NCBI GenBank assembly: GCA_963664195.1
Contig: OY760907.1
Span: 3,744,001 to 3,808,000, forward strand
Source: an uncultured candidate division Zixibacteria bacterium
Lineage (GTDB): Bacteria > Zixibacteria > MSB-5A5 > GN15 > FEB-12
Length of the DNA: 64,000 bases
Reading direction: 5' to 3'
Positions 36,317 through 46,304 of the stretch are shown piece by piece. The notes under the pieces are model-generated. The model was not told where the DNA came from, did no database searches, and was given only the letters and a program-made list of their open reading frames with translations. Positions within the stretch are counted from its first letter, which is position 1. Each line of letters begins with the position of its first letter. Made by a program: the position numbers and the translations under genes.

Positions 36317-37978
36317 TTAAGTGGCTGACATTTCCGGGGCGGTTTCTGGCTCAAGACTGCTCGCTCTTTCCGTTGATTCGACCATCTCCGCGAGCAGAGC
36401 GGCGATTTCGCGCACTTTGTCGGCATGGTTAAAACGGCGGGTGATGTACTCACGATTCGATTTGCGCTGCCTGTTTACATCTTCCCGCTCCAACTTCTGC
36501 AGGAGACCGAGACAACCGTCGGGATCCTGATAGAGGGCACTCTCAGGGTAAAGATAATCCGCTCCATACCAATGGTGGACGAGCGGCAAAAGACCGCTGG
36601 CCATCCCTTCCGCTACGGAATAGTGGAACGACTCGAACAACGAGGTGGAGATCACAAATCCCTTATCGGCGTACCAAGCCGGCATGTCGTCGACCCAGCC
36701 GTCGAAATGGATCGGCAGCTTGTTATTCTTCAGGAAATGGTCAAAATAGAGTTGTATGCGCGAGTCCTGATGGCTCCCCGCTATGTGGAGACTATATTCG
36801 GGATCATATTCATAAATCTTCTTGAAGCAATAGAGTAGAAGGGCAGGATTCTTCTTGTAGTTAATGTACCCGACCGACGCGATTTTTTTCGAGTCCGGCT
36901 TGTTTTCGGGCATAACAAACTTGTTCAGGTCAACACCGTTGTGGATCACGCTGGTGTTGATCCTCGCCGATATCTGTTGGCGGAACAATTCGTCCACCGA
37001 TTTATTGACAAACAACAAGTGGTCGACCTTGCTCCAATCCACCTGTGAGGGCATTTCGGTGAATGCCTCGTAGCTGTGCAGGCGACAGATAATCCGACAG
37101 GTCTTCGGCAGTTTGGTGGCCTCGATCACCAGTTGATCGCACCATTCAAACCAGGCAATGTCCGCCCAGGCCATGAGGTCGCTCATCTGCCCAACAGTCT
37201 GTCCCTCAAACATACGGATATCGTTATCTGCACCGAGGTAGTCCATGATGTCGGTCAGGAACGCCTTGTGAGTCGCGAAGAACGCTATGCGCTGGCCCTT
37301 GACTCCGGCATCGCGAGTTTCTGCTATGCGTTTGATGCCATTTGTCTCCAACTCAGGCATGGCGTTCTCGAAAATCTCAAGCCATCGCGTAACCTCGGCC
37401 TTTGAGCATTCGCTCAGACTGTCGGATTTCTGTTGACGGTTGAGCATTCTGCATCCGTAGTCGGCGAGCCGGTTCTCCAAACAGAACGCCATGGCATTAT
37501 TGCGAGCACGACTATCGTTCACCGACAGTCTGAGGGCACGCGAGTACACACCGAGGGCGCGCCACCGATTCCCCTTTCTGGACCAGGCCACTGCGATGTC
37601 GTTAAGTAACGACAAGTTTTCCGGATACAGCTTCCGCAGGCGCGTGAGCCGTGCAAGCGCAGTATCGTAATCACCGTCCATAATGGCGAGAAAGGCGAGA
37701 TTGAAATTGGCGTCAAAGTCATCGGGGACTATGTCAGTGGCCCGTGTCAGGTACGCTCGCGCGTCTTCGCGCCTTTCGAGCCTTACGGCCACCAGTCCGG
37801 CGGTTGTTTGGATTTCAAGAATGTCTCTGCGACGGTCGGCCAGTTGCGTCAGAACGGGCCAGGCTCCCTCAAGGTCACCCTTGTCCAGAAGCAGGTTTGC
37901 ACGTCGGTTCAGTTCTTCGTCGGATGTCGCGGGAGATTCCGCAGGCTTTGACGGTCTGCGTGATTTGATACGTAACAT
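36317..37978 (-). CDS. TPR + GT-B (GT4-like) glycosyltransferase
   Basis: N-terminal TPRs; VIHNGVD, KKNP, ESFHYSVAEGMASG. Confidence 0.85.
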   Translation of the reverse strand: MLRIKSRRPSKPAESPATSDEELNRRANLLLDKGDLEGAWPVLTQLADRRRDILEIQTTAGLVAVRLERREDARAYLTRATDIVPDDFDANFNLAFLAIMDGDYDTALARLTRLRKLYPENLSLLNDIAVAWSRKGNRWRALGVYSRALRLSVNDSRARNNAMAFCLENRLADYGCRMLNRQQKSDSLSECSKAEVTRWLEIFENAMPELETNGIKRIAETRDAGVKGQRIAFFATHKAFLTDIMDYLGADNDIRMFEGQTVGQMSDLMAWADIAWFEWCDQLVIEATKLPKTCRIICRLHSYEAFTEMPSQVDWSKVDHLLFVNKSVDELFRQQISARINTSVIHNGVDLNKFVMPENKPDSKKIASVGYINYKKNPALLLYCFKKIYEYDPEYSLHIAGSHQDSRIQLYFDHFLKNNKLPIHFDGWVDDMPAWYADKGFVISTSLFESFHYSVAEGMASGLLPLVHHWYGADYLYPESALYQDPDGCLGLLQKLEREDVNRQRKSNREYITRRFNHADKVREIAALLAEMVESTERASSLEPETAPEMSAT

Positions 37979-38093
37979 CGATATCCTATCTCTGTACTCA
38001 GCGCCTTCTCCGGGCGCCGTTCGTTTGGTTCTACAGTCTTACACGGACGGCGTGAACCCCCATCCGACGGGACTGCAACGGGCAACGTCGATC

Positions 38094-38582
38094 CTAGACG
38101 CCGACCAGTTCTTCATGCCGCTCGTACGTTTCGTGCTCCGGCTGGCGGGCGCGATCGAGCGTGTCCAGAATCGAGTGGCGCACCTGATACCGCGAATTGA
38201 CCAGGACGAGCTGTTTTGCGCGACGGTTCTCGGTGTTGACCAGAATCGGTCCCTGAAGATTGGCAGACATACGCTGAGGGTCTTCCGGGATCGTCACGAC
38301 CACATAAGTCTCGACCTTGGACACGTCAGCAACCTCCAGTTCCGCAATCTCATTGGAATTGATTTCAATGCGATAATCCGGGAACAGCAAGACGGGATTA
38401 AACACCAGAAATGCCACGGCCGGATCCTCGGTGGACTGGAGCCAGTGGAACGGCACAAGCTCTTCCATCTCGATCATGCAGAACGTTTGCAGTGATTCGA
38501 ATCCGAGAATCGGCCTCTCCATTTTGATAACCTTGTTCTCGGGGACCTCAAGCGGTCCGAATCGCAGGCTGTTGATAATCAT
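38094..38582 (-). CDS. fliW: Flagellar assembly factor FliW
   Basis: RFG, ILGFE, WLQS, AFLVFNP, ANLQGPILVN. Confidence 0.95.
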   Translation of the reverse strand: MIINSLRFGPLEVPENKVIKMERPILGFESLQTFCMIEMEELVPFHWLQSTEDPAVAFLVFNPVLLFPDYRIEINSNEIAELEVADVSKVETYVVVTIPEDPQRMSANLQGPILVNTENRRAKQLVLVNSRYQVRHSILDTLDRARQPEHETYERHEELVGV

Positions 38583-38607
38583 TTAATAGCACCCTTTCCT
38601 TTGCGCT

Positions 38608-40542
38608 TTATCTCAAGAAGTCCAGTAAGCTGGGTTGAATGATTCTTGCCGTGGCCATCATAGCGGCCTGATATGAGTTCTCTGCCGTCTGGAGATCGGT
38701 CAGGACCTGGGTCAGATCCGCGTCCTCGACCTCGGAGAGCAGTTTCGTAAAATTCAGATTGAGACTGACCAGCCTTGAACTCGTTGTTTCCAGACGAGTC
38801 GCCCTCGAGCCGACTTCTGCCCGAACTTCGAGCGTGTGGGTCATGGCGTCGTCGAAACTCTGCAGGAGCATACCGACAGCATCGGCATCGTCGTTCTTCA
38901 GGCTCTCCGAGAGAACCAGCATCGTACCGATCATGTCCGAAGAGCCAAACACGCCCAGAGTCTTGGCAGCCCGCCCGTCACCCTCTTCCACAATGGCCAG
39001 GGACCGGTTAGGGTCAGCGTTCTCGATCTGTAGGCCGCGTCCATCGGAGTTTATCGCCGCCACGACATCAAGGTTTGATCCGTTGATATAGTCGATCACG
39101 TCCTGAACCGTGCTCAGTGCGGGATCGGAGAAATCAACTGTCAGTTTCTTCTCCCCCTGCCAGATAACAAAAGCGTCACCTTCAAGCCCCAGCCCGTTGC
39201 TGAGATCGGAGAGCAAGGAGGTGGCCAGCAGGCGTGGATCCAGATCCTCACCGTTGGCGTCGCTTGTGAACGTGCCTAGTATGCCCAGATCGGCGCCCGT
39301 GGTACCGGTCGTTTCCGCAATCTCATACGAAGCCTGTGGCTCCAGGTCTGTTCCGACCAGATTAGCGCCTACGGAGCCAACAATTCCCAATTGCGTGGCA
39401 GTAGTATCGTCCCTGCTCATATCCGTGACTTGAATATCCACCGGTGGGACGTTGGCATCAGCAATCTGAAAACCAGTTCCGGCGGCATTGACCGACAAAG
39501 TGACGTTCGGAATGCCGGCGGCGGCCATTTGCGTGTTAAACTCGCTGATGACATCACCGACGGTCTCCGCACCGGAGAGGTCGATATTCGTGGGCACGCC
39601 CATCCCCTCGGTGACGCGAATGATTCCCATCTCGGGAACAACACCGCTGCCACTATGGAGCTGAGTCAAACGTGTCGAGGCCGATATCTGACCGGTGTCA
39701 GTAGTATCAATGCGCAGGCTGTTGCCGTCATCACTGATTGACACGGTCACACCTGTGTTCATCCCCTGCGCGGTGAGTTCATCGTTGATTTTTGTTAGAA
39801 GCTCGTCAACCGTGGTTGCCGGCGGCGGCGTGTTCAGGTCAATCGTAGCCGACACACCGGTAATATTGTTGTCGGTGATAGTAAACGTGCCCGTACCGAT
39901 GTCAATCCCGTTGCCGTTATTCAGATCGGTCAACAGCGTATCGCCCGAAACACCGATGTTTACGTCGGCATCCTCGCCGAGTATGGCATACGACTCAAGG
40001 AACGTTTCCGATCCGGTGAAATTCATTGTCTGGCGGATCGAGGATTCGATTTCAAAGTCGATATGACCGTCATCGCCACGGTACACGGCACCGAACGAAC
40101 TGAGTTCGAACGGGTCAGTCTTCGTTTTGTAGCCTGAGAACATTCGACGGCCGTCGAGCTGCGTACGCGACAACTGCATGATCTGGTCGAGAATGGAATC
40201 AATCTCGTTTCCTGCTGTTTGACGTGCGGTCTCATCGTACGTATCGTTTGACATTGTGACCGCAATCTCCTTGGCTTCGGACAGGAGGTTCTTCGTATCG
40301 GCAAGGATGTTGTCATAAGACCCCTGCCAGTTCTGTCCCTGACTAATGTTGCGCTGGAACTGCTCGATTTTTGACAGTTCCGTGCGGTAGTCAAGATCTC
40401 GAAGCGTGCCCAGCGGATCATCAGAAGGCTTGTTGATCCGTCGGCCGGACGACATATTAGTCTGAAGGTCCATGTACCTTTGCAGAGATCGCTGCATATT
40501 GAACACAACCTGACCCGTCATCATGCTGCTTGTAACGCGCAT
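38608..40542 (-). CDS. flgL: Hook-associated protein FlgL (HAP3), enlarged
   Basis: MRVT...SSGRRINKPSDDP; C-terminal EDADL...YQAAM...QPSLLDFLR. Confidence 0.95.
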   Translation of the reverse strand: MRVTSSMMTGQVVFNMQRSLQRYMDLQTNMSSGRRINKPSDDPLGTLRDLDYRTELSKIEQFQRNISQGQNWQGSYDNILADTKNLLSEAKEIAVTMSNDTYDETARQTAGNEIDSILDQIMQLSRTQLDGRRMFSGYKTKTDPFELSSFGAVYRGDDGHIDFEIESSIRQTMNFTGSETFLESYAILGEDADVNIGVSGDTLLTDLNNGNGIDIGTGTFTITDNNITGVSATIDLNTPPPATTVDELLTKINDELTAQGMNTGVTVSISDDGNSLRIDTTDTGQISASTRLTQLHSGSGVVPEMGIIRVTEGMGVPTNIDLSGAETVGDVISEFNTQMAAAGIPNVTLSVNAAGTGFQIADANVPPVDIQVTDMSRDDTTATQLGIVGSVGANLVGTDLEPQASYEIAETTGTTGADLGILGTFTSDANGEDLDPRLLATSLLSDLSNGLGLEGDAFVIWQGEKKLTVDFSDPALSTVQDVIDYINGSNLDVVAAINSDGRGLQIENADPNRSLAIVEEGDGRAAKTLGVFGSSDMIGTMLVLSESLKNDDADAVGMLLQSFDDAMTHTLEVRAEVGSRATRLETTSSRLVSLNLNFTKLLSEVEDADLTQVLTDLQTAENSYQAAMMATARIIQPSLLDFLR

Positions 40543-40602
40543 TCTGTTTACCTCAAAGCCTCTGTCGCCAATCCGATCTGTTGCCGGATTCTGTTTACTG
40601 CT

Positions 40603-40920
40603 CTAGCCCCTGTTGTCGCTTCCAGTTCTGCCAGGCGGATTATCCTTGTAATCCACCACCGAAGACTTGTCGCTGTCGTTGTCGCCGGAGATTCTGCCCT
40701 TGATCATCTTGACCATACCGAGCAGGTCACCTTTGACCGTTTTGGCCGCCTTGCGGTTTTCTTCCTGAATCTTGACATAGATCTCTTCGCGGTGCACTAC
40801 GACATCGCTTGGAGCCTCTATCCCCAGCCGGACCTGGCGTCCTCTAATCCCCAATACCGACACGCGAATGCTGTCGCCGATGGTGATCGATTCGCCTAAC
40901 TTCCTTGTTAGAATTAGCAA
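40603..40920 (-). CDS. csrA: Translational regulator CsrA with C-terminal extension
   Basis: [16 protein letters not shown]...VRLGIEAP...HREE...QEEN; TTG start with GGAGG. Confidence 0.96.
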   Translation of the reverse strand: MLILTRKLGESITIGDSIRVSVLGIRGRQVRLGIEAPSDVVVHREEIYVKIQEENRKAAKTVKGDLLGMVKMIKGRISGDNDSDKSSVVDYKDNPPGRTGSDNRG

Positions 40921-40964
40921 ATCACCCTCCGTGGTGTGATCTACCCCTCACGGGGTTGTTATGT

Positions 40965-42365
40965 TTATCTTCCTACTCTACCCATACCGGTAATTACTGT
41001 CCCGAGCGCCTCATCCATCACCGTGATAACCCGCGCCGCCGCATCGTAGGCGTGCTGGAACTTGATCATGTTGGCCATTTCCTCATCGAGGTTTACGCCC
41101 TGTACGGACTGCCTCTGGTTATCGATTTGCTGTACGAGAAGCTCATAGTTTGAGGCAAAGGAGGTGGCCTCCCGCGCCTCCACACCCAGGTTACCCACCA
41201 GGCTATTGTAGAAATCGTTCATTGTTGACGTATTGGCCGACATCACGTCGGCGTTGCGAAGCTCTGCGATGGCCAGAGCAATGTTACCGTCCTCAACATC
41301 GGCGTCGGACGACGACGAGGTCGCGATCCGGTTGATATCTGATACGATATCCTGATTCAATCGAATGTTGCCGGCATCGGTGAAATCGGGGTCGAAGAAA
41401 TTGACTCCGGTTGTGCCGTTGGCGCCGTAGCCGGTCGCATGCAAAGCGTTGACCTGCTCGATAATCGACCTGGCCAGTTCATCAAGCTCACTCTGGTATC
41501 TTGGAATGACGACATCGCGGCTCTCTTTAAGTCCGGCAAGTTGACCGTTCAAGTTGGTCAATTCAATGTCGGTTCCCTCCCACACAAGCTTGTGCGTTGT
41601 CTTGCCGTCGATCACTTCCGGCTTTGCCTCAATATCGAAAGAGGCGGAACCGTCGACGAGAATCATCGCTCCCATGGCGACGGTTGTGGCACCGTTTGCA
41701 TTCTCGGTGACCCTGACATCAATCAGCGATGACAGCTCGTCGGTCAACAGATCACGCATATCGCGAAGGTCCATGGCCTGGTCATTGCCAAGCTCGACCG
41801 TCTTAATCTGGTGATTGAGGCGGGCTATTTCACTGGTGACGCGGTTGACCTCGGCGGTCATATTACCCAGATCGCGATCGGTCGACGTCTTAAGTTCTTC
41901 CAGGCTTTTGGACAGCTGCCTGAAACCGTTGATAAGCTGATTGGCATTCGCCAGCACGCTGTTGCGATTGGCGGCAGAGTCGGAATTGGTCGAAAGCTCG
42001 GACCATGCATTCCAGAACTCGTTCATGGTAGTGCCGAGGGAGTTTTCCTGAGGTTCGTTGAATACCGACTCGATCTGGCTCAGCGTCTTTTCCTTGTAAG
42101 CCCAATCACCCAGCGCCTTCTGCGCCTCACGGTACTGTTTGCCCAGAAAGAGATCTCTGACGTGACGAATGTCCGTAACCGTTACACCGGTACCTATCGG
42201 TCCCATCGTACTTGACTCCGGCTGGGACGCGGAAATTCTCACGCGCTGACGGCTGTAGCCAAGTGTATTCACGTTTGCTATGTTATGACTGATAGTCTGG
42301 AGCGATATCTGTTGCGAGAGCAAAGCCCGTTTTCCGATTTCCAATCCTGCAAACAATCCCGGCAT
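40965..42365 (-). CDS. flgK: Hook-associated protein FlgK (HAP1)
   Basis: HNIANVNTLGYSRQ; GVNLDEEMANMIKFQHAYDAAARVI. Confidence 0.97.
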   Translation of the reverse strand: MPGLFAGLEIGKRALLSQQISLQTISHNIANVNTLGYSRQRVRISASQPESSTMGPIGTGVTVTDIRHVRDLFLGKQYREAQKALGDWAYKEKTLSQIESVFNEPQENSLGTTMNEFWNAWSELSTNSDSAANRNSVLANANQLINGFRQLSKSLEELKTSTDRDLGNMTAEVNRVTSEIARLNHQIKTVELGNDQAMDLRDMRDLLTDELSSLIDVRVTENANGATTVAMGAMILVDGSASFDIEAKPEVIDGKTTHKLVWEGTDIELTNLNGQLAGLKESRDVVIPRYQSELDELARSIIEQVNALHATGYGANGTTGVNFFDPDFTDAGNIRLNQDIVSDINRIATSSSSDADVEDGNIALAIAELRNADVMSANTSTMNDFYNSLVGNLGVEAREATSFASNYELLVQQIDNQRQSVQGVNLDEEMANMIKFQHAYDAAARVITVMDEALGTVITGMGRVGR

Positions 42366-42850
42366 CAGATTCTCCTGTCTACCATGACTGTGGATTCCGC
42401 ATCGCTGGCGGCACCGTCAGAGCCATAGGTCGGTTCAGGGTTGTTGACCCGGGAGAGCATCGACATGGTCCGGGCGATGAATTCACGAGACTGATTCAGC
42501 AACATCGCGTTGGTGTTGCGGGTCTCAGTGATCTTCTCATTCAGATCGAAAATCAGGTCTTTCAACTGCAGGAGGCGCTCCGCCTGGTCGTCGTCGACAA
42601 AATCGAGGAGTCGGGAAACCGAAAGATCACCTTCAAGAGCATTGGCCTGTTTGATCTCGTTGATCAATTCGACCCTGCGCTGGTGCAGCCGATGGCTCTC
42701 GCCCAGCTTCGTCTGCTGAAGCTCGGTGATTTCGTTGATGCCGTCGACGTCGTTGGAGACAAGCTTCTGCTTCTGTCGCTCCAACAACTCTAGGAACTCT
42801 TCAAACAGAAGAGTCTCCTGGCCGATAAGATGTATTAGTTGGTTAATCAT
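42365..42850 (-). CDS. flgN: Flagellar export chaperone FlgN
   Basis: Helical; NTNAMLL...TY...VDRRI; directly before flgK. Confidence 0.85.
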   Translation of the reverse strand: MINQLIHLIGQETLLFEEFLELLERQKQKLVSNDVDGINEITELQQTKLGESHRLHQRRVELINEIKQANALEGDLSVSRLLDFVDDDQAERLLQLKDLIFDLNEKITETRNTNAMLLNQSREFIARTMSMLSRVNNPEPTYGSDGAASDAESTVMVDRRI

Positions 42851-42883
42851 ATCCTATATCACCAATGACTTCCTATGGGGTTG

Positions 42884-42911
42884 TAGTCGACTGTTTCATT
42901 TCGGACCTTTA
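42884..42911 (-). promoter_or_regulatory. sigma28 promoter of flgN-flgK-csrA-flgL-fliW
   Basis: TAAA-N16-GTCGACTA. Confidence 0.55.
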
Positions 42912-42925
42912 GGCGGTTCAGCATA

Positions 42926-43843
42926 TTATTTGCCGGACGCCTGCTTAATCAGGTCCCCTACTCGTTTCACGTATTTCTGCGTCTCTTCAAACGGCGGCAC
43001 TCCGCCGTACTTGTCTACATTTCCCGGGCCTGCGTTGTATGCGGCAAGGGCCAGATCCAGACTGCCGAAGCGGTCCAGCATCCTCTTGAGATACCGACTG
43101 CCGCCCTTGATATTTTCTTCTGGATTCAGGCTGTCCTTGACATTCACCTCTGCGGCCGTATCGTCCATGAGCTGCATCAGCCCTTTGGCGCCGGCGGAGG
43201 AAACCGCGTCCGGATCACCGTTGGATTCTGCCCGGATCACCGAGGAAATGAGGGTCGAATCGAGCGCGGTCTCTTCGGCCGCCTCATCTATGAACTTCTG
43301 ATAGTCCGACAGCAGCGGGTCCTCGTGTTTGACTTTTCGCGGCGCGACCTGGATGGGCAGGGCATCCGGTTTTGGCTCGATATGAATAGACTGACCGGAC
43401 CTTCCGGGAAGATGAACCGGTGCCGTCTGATCGAGCTTCATGCCTTCCTGTCTGCCGGGATTTGGCAGTGGCTTGAGCGACTGGTCAAGATTTACTTCGC
43501 TGTACCTGGCGTCGACCAGCTTCTCCATCGAATCGTAGAGTAGATCGGCGATGGAGTTGCTCCCTCCCACGGTGACTTTGCGTGCCACCTCCATATCGAA
43601 CATTTCAGTGAACGTGTCTTTGCCCATGCCACCGGACATGCCGGCCCCCTTGGTCAGGGGATTGTCGGGAATCGTCTGACGCATGGTCTTGAGCATCTGG
43701 TACAGGAAGAACGACTCGAATTCCCTGGTGACCTTGCGCAGGCGCGCCTTTTCGGCCTCTACAGATCCATCCGTCGGCTTCTTCAGTTGCTCAATTGCCG
43801 TTTGGCTTGACGCCACCCCGGCGCTGTTCACTGCCATAGTCAT
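42926..43843 (-). CDS. flgJ: FlgJ rod-binding domain fused to SLT lytic transglycosylase
   Basis: EFESFFLYQMLKTMR...FTEMFD (rod-binding); IRAES, GLMQL, AYNAG, ETQKYV (SLT/GH23). Confidence 0.85.
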   Translation of the reverse strand: MTMAVNSAGVASSQTAIEQLKKPTDGSVEAEKARLRKVTREFESFFLYQMLKTMRQTIPDNPLTKGAGMSGGMGKDTFTEMFDMEVARKVTVGGSNSIADLLYDSMEKLVDARYSEVNLDQSLKPLPNPGRQEGMKLDQTAPVHLPGRSGQSIHIEPKPDALPIQVAPRKVKHEDPLLSDYQKFIDEAAEETALDSTLISSVIRAESNGDPDAVSSAGAKGLMQLMDDTAAEVNVKDSLNPEENIKGGSRYLKRMLDRFGSLDLALAAYNAGPGNVDKYGGVPPFEETQKYVKRVGDLIKQASGK

Positions 43844-44979
43844 TACAATATCACGAGTTCGGCCCGCAGTGCGCCGGCCTGTTTGAGGGATTGGAAAATC
43901 GCGATGATGTCACGAGGGGTCGCGCCAATCTTGTTCAGAGCGCTGGCAACATCGTTGAGCGTGACAGACTGTTTCAAATTGACCACTCTTGCGTTTTCCG
44001 GCGTAACTTGCAGATACGATTCCTGGGCAACCACCGTCTCACCGTCGGAGTACGGCATCGGCTGTGAGATAATCGGACGCGAGGAGATGTTCACGGTAAT
44101 CGTGCCGTGAGCTATTGCCACCGGCTCGATGGTAACGTGCTGTCCGGCTACAATCGTGCCGGTCTTTTCGTTGATGACAACCTTGGCCGCCGCATCCGGG
44201 ACCACTTTCAAGTGTCCGATATCCGACAGGAACTTTGACCGCAGGGTCGGATATCTCACGCTGTCCGGGACCACGACTTTGATAGAGCCGCCGTCTATTG
44301 GATACGCGACCGTCCCGTACTTGATATTGATTCGCTCAGCGATTCGGTGTGAGGTCGTCAGATCCGGATCCATCAGGGAGATAAAGAACTCATTGTCAGC
44401 TCCGGGTTGATCCTCGACCTCAACCGTTACCTTACCGCCACCGGGGACGCGCCCCACGAGCGTGTAGTTGTTGACTATCTTGTTGCTCTCATCGACCTGC
44501 ACGTTGAAACCACCGATTGAAACTGCGCCCTGCGCAATCGCGCGGGTGAATCCGTCGGCATCCGACAGCGGGGTCATGAGGAGCGTTCCGCCCTGAAGCG
44601 AACTGGCGTCACCAATTGAAGACACGGTGACATCGAAATACGAGCCGTTGGTCTGGTAACTGGAGACTCTCGCCGTGACCATGACCGCGGCAATGTTCTT
44701 TACTTTGAGTTTGTTCGCGTCGATCGTGAGACCCATTCGTTCCATCATGTTGGAGAGCGCGCGGGTCGTGAACTGTGTTCCGCTTCCGTCGCCGGTGCCG
44801 TCCAGACCGATCACCAGACCGTATCCGAGCAGGTCACATTCCTGCTTGTTCTGAAACGTACAGATATCCTTGATACGCACCTTGGCCGCATCGGCAGGCG
44901 TGTACAGCAAGGAGACCAGGGCAAAGACGACGATCAGCGCAATTGGCATCACTAGACGCTCATGCAGAAGTGCAAACAT
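43843..44979 (-). CDS. flgI: Flagellar P-ring protein
   Basis: RIKDI, GYGLVIGLDGTGD, SLQGGTLLMTPL, AGALRAEL. Confidence 0.97.
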   Translation of the reverse strand: MFALLHERLVMPIALIVVFALVSLLYTPADAAKVRIKDICTFQNKQECDLLGYGLVIGLDGTGDGSGTQFTTRALSNMMERMGLTIDANKLKVKNIAAVMVTARVSSYQTNGSYFDVTVSSIGDASSLQGGTLLMTPLSDADGFTRAIAQGAVSIGGFNVQVDESNKIVNNYTLVGRVPGGGKVTVEVEDQPGADNEFFISLMDPDLTTSHRIAERINIKYGTVAYPIDGGSIKVVVPDSVRYPTLRSKFLSDIGHLKVVPDAAAKVVINEKTGTIVAGQHVTIEPVAIAHGTITVNISSRPIISQPMPYSDGETVVAQESYLQVTPENARVVNLKQSVTLNDVASALNKIGATPRDIIAIFQSLKQAGALRAELVIL

Positions 44980-44988
44980 AGCGTCCTC

Positions 44989-45582
44989 CTAGAATATCCA
45001 GCCGAGCAGACGGGTGAAGAACCCCGGTCGCGCAGCGGTTGCGGCATTGCCCTTGCCAGTGTATGAAATCTCGGCGTCGGCGATCTGAAACGACTGCACG
45101 CTGTTGTCCGGGGAGACATCCCGCGAACGAACCACGCCGGAGAGATAGATAGTCTCCTCGTCGCCGTTGATCCCGATTATGCGAGAGCCTTCGACCACGA
45201 GATCACCGTTTTGCCGAACCTCGACAACCGTTACGGAAATCTTGGCCCTGATCGATCCGGATCGCAGGTTCTCCCCCTTACCGTCGAAACTGTTGCTGTT
45301 ATCGGCCTTTCCGCCAAAGAGCGGAATAAAGTCCAGCGAGCCGATCCCGGGACCTCCGGCAGTGCTGATCGAGGTGCTTTTCTCTGATTTTGACTCCACC
45401 TGATTGGAGGCACTGTTCTGCTCCACAACAAGGACGGTAATAATATCACCGATTCCGTGCGCCTTGATGTCGGTGAAGAGAGATTGGTTACGGCCGAAAT
45501 CCTGACCCTGCAGTTTCAGTGAAAACGGCAGCAGCAGGAGAAAGCCGAGTAGAATGAGTAGCTTTTTGAAATTCATGATCAA
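44989..45582 (-). CDS. flgH: Flagellar L-ring protein
   Basis: LFTDIKAHGIGDIITV, NGDLVVEG, SGVVR, IADAEISY. Confidence 0.93.
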   Translation of the reverse strand: MIMNFKKLLILLGFLLLLPFSLKLQGQDFGRNQSLFTDIKAHGIGDIITVLVVEQNSASNQVESKSEKSTSISTAGGPGIGSLDFIPLFGGKADNSNSFDGKGENLRSGSIRAKISVTVVEVRQNGDLVVEGSRIIGINGDEETIYLSGVVRSRDVSPDNSVQSFQIADAEISYTGKGNAATAARPGFFTRLLGWIF

Positions 45583-45600
45583 TCCTCGAATCCTATTCGT

Positions 45601-46302
45601 TTACGGATCAACTGTGACGGACCTGTCGTCGACTACGCGGGCAGTAATGACCTTGCCAGAAACAGTGTTCTTCACACGAATCTGCTCGCCGGCCCAGCCG
45701 GTCTGCATCACCCGTCCGGGTGCCGTGATCGTGCACAATCCGCCGGCGTCTTCGTAGACGATTGAAACCTCCGCCCCGACTTCAATGTCAGGGATCGGTT
45801 CAAGAGCATCGACGGTAAGGATGCCGCCCTTGCGCATACTTCTCTTGGCCCTCTGGCCCTCGATCTCCCCCGTGGAGCCAACCGACTGCTCGCGCAGCGA
45901 AGTCACTTCCATCCTCTTTTGTTCGAAAAGGCCAGCATGCAATTCTTCGTGACGTTTGACACTGCCCTGTGCGACGAAAACATCGGCGAACCGGCGGATG
46001 CGAAGTCGCACCTGCCCTTTGTCAATGACTTCTTCGTTGTCGGTGACCGAGACGACCAGCGTGAACGGGCCGATGGGGTCCTTCTGCGAAATCGCCTTGA
46101 GTGACAGATCGGCGGGGTCCACAACCTTGAGCTTGATCTGGCTCGACGTAATCTCGATCTCGTACGACATGGGATCGAGATCGTAAGTGTCGAACACCAT
46201 CTGCTTGATGGCCTCGTTTGTCTCGACCGCAAAAGCAGACGCAAACGACATTGCCAGAAAACCGACCAGGGCCATGAGTATTTTAAACAGTGAGGTTTTC
46301 AT
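45601..46302 (-). CDS. flgA: P-ring formation chaperone FlgA
   Basis: Signal peptide, SAF-like C-terminus GEQIRVKNTVSGKVITARV. Confidence 0.9.
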   Translation of the reverse strand: MKTSLFKILMALVGFLAMSFASAFAVETNEAIKQMVFDTYDLDPMSYEIEITSSQIKLKVVDPADLSLKAISQKDPIGPFTLVVSVTDNEEVIDKGQVRLRIRRFADVFVAQGSVKRHEELHAGLFEQKRMEVTSLREQSVGSTGEIEGQRAKRSMRKGGILTVDALEPIPDIEVGAEVSIVYEDAGGLCTITAPGRVMQTGWAGEQIRVKNTVSGKVITARVVDDRSVTVDP

Positions 46303-46304
46303 AG

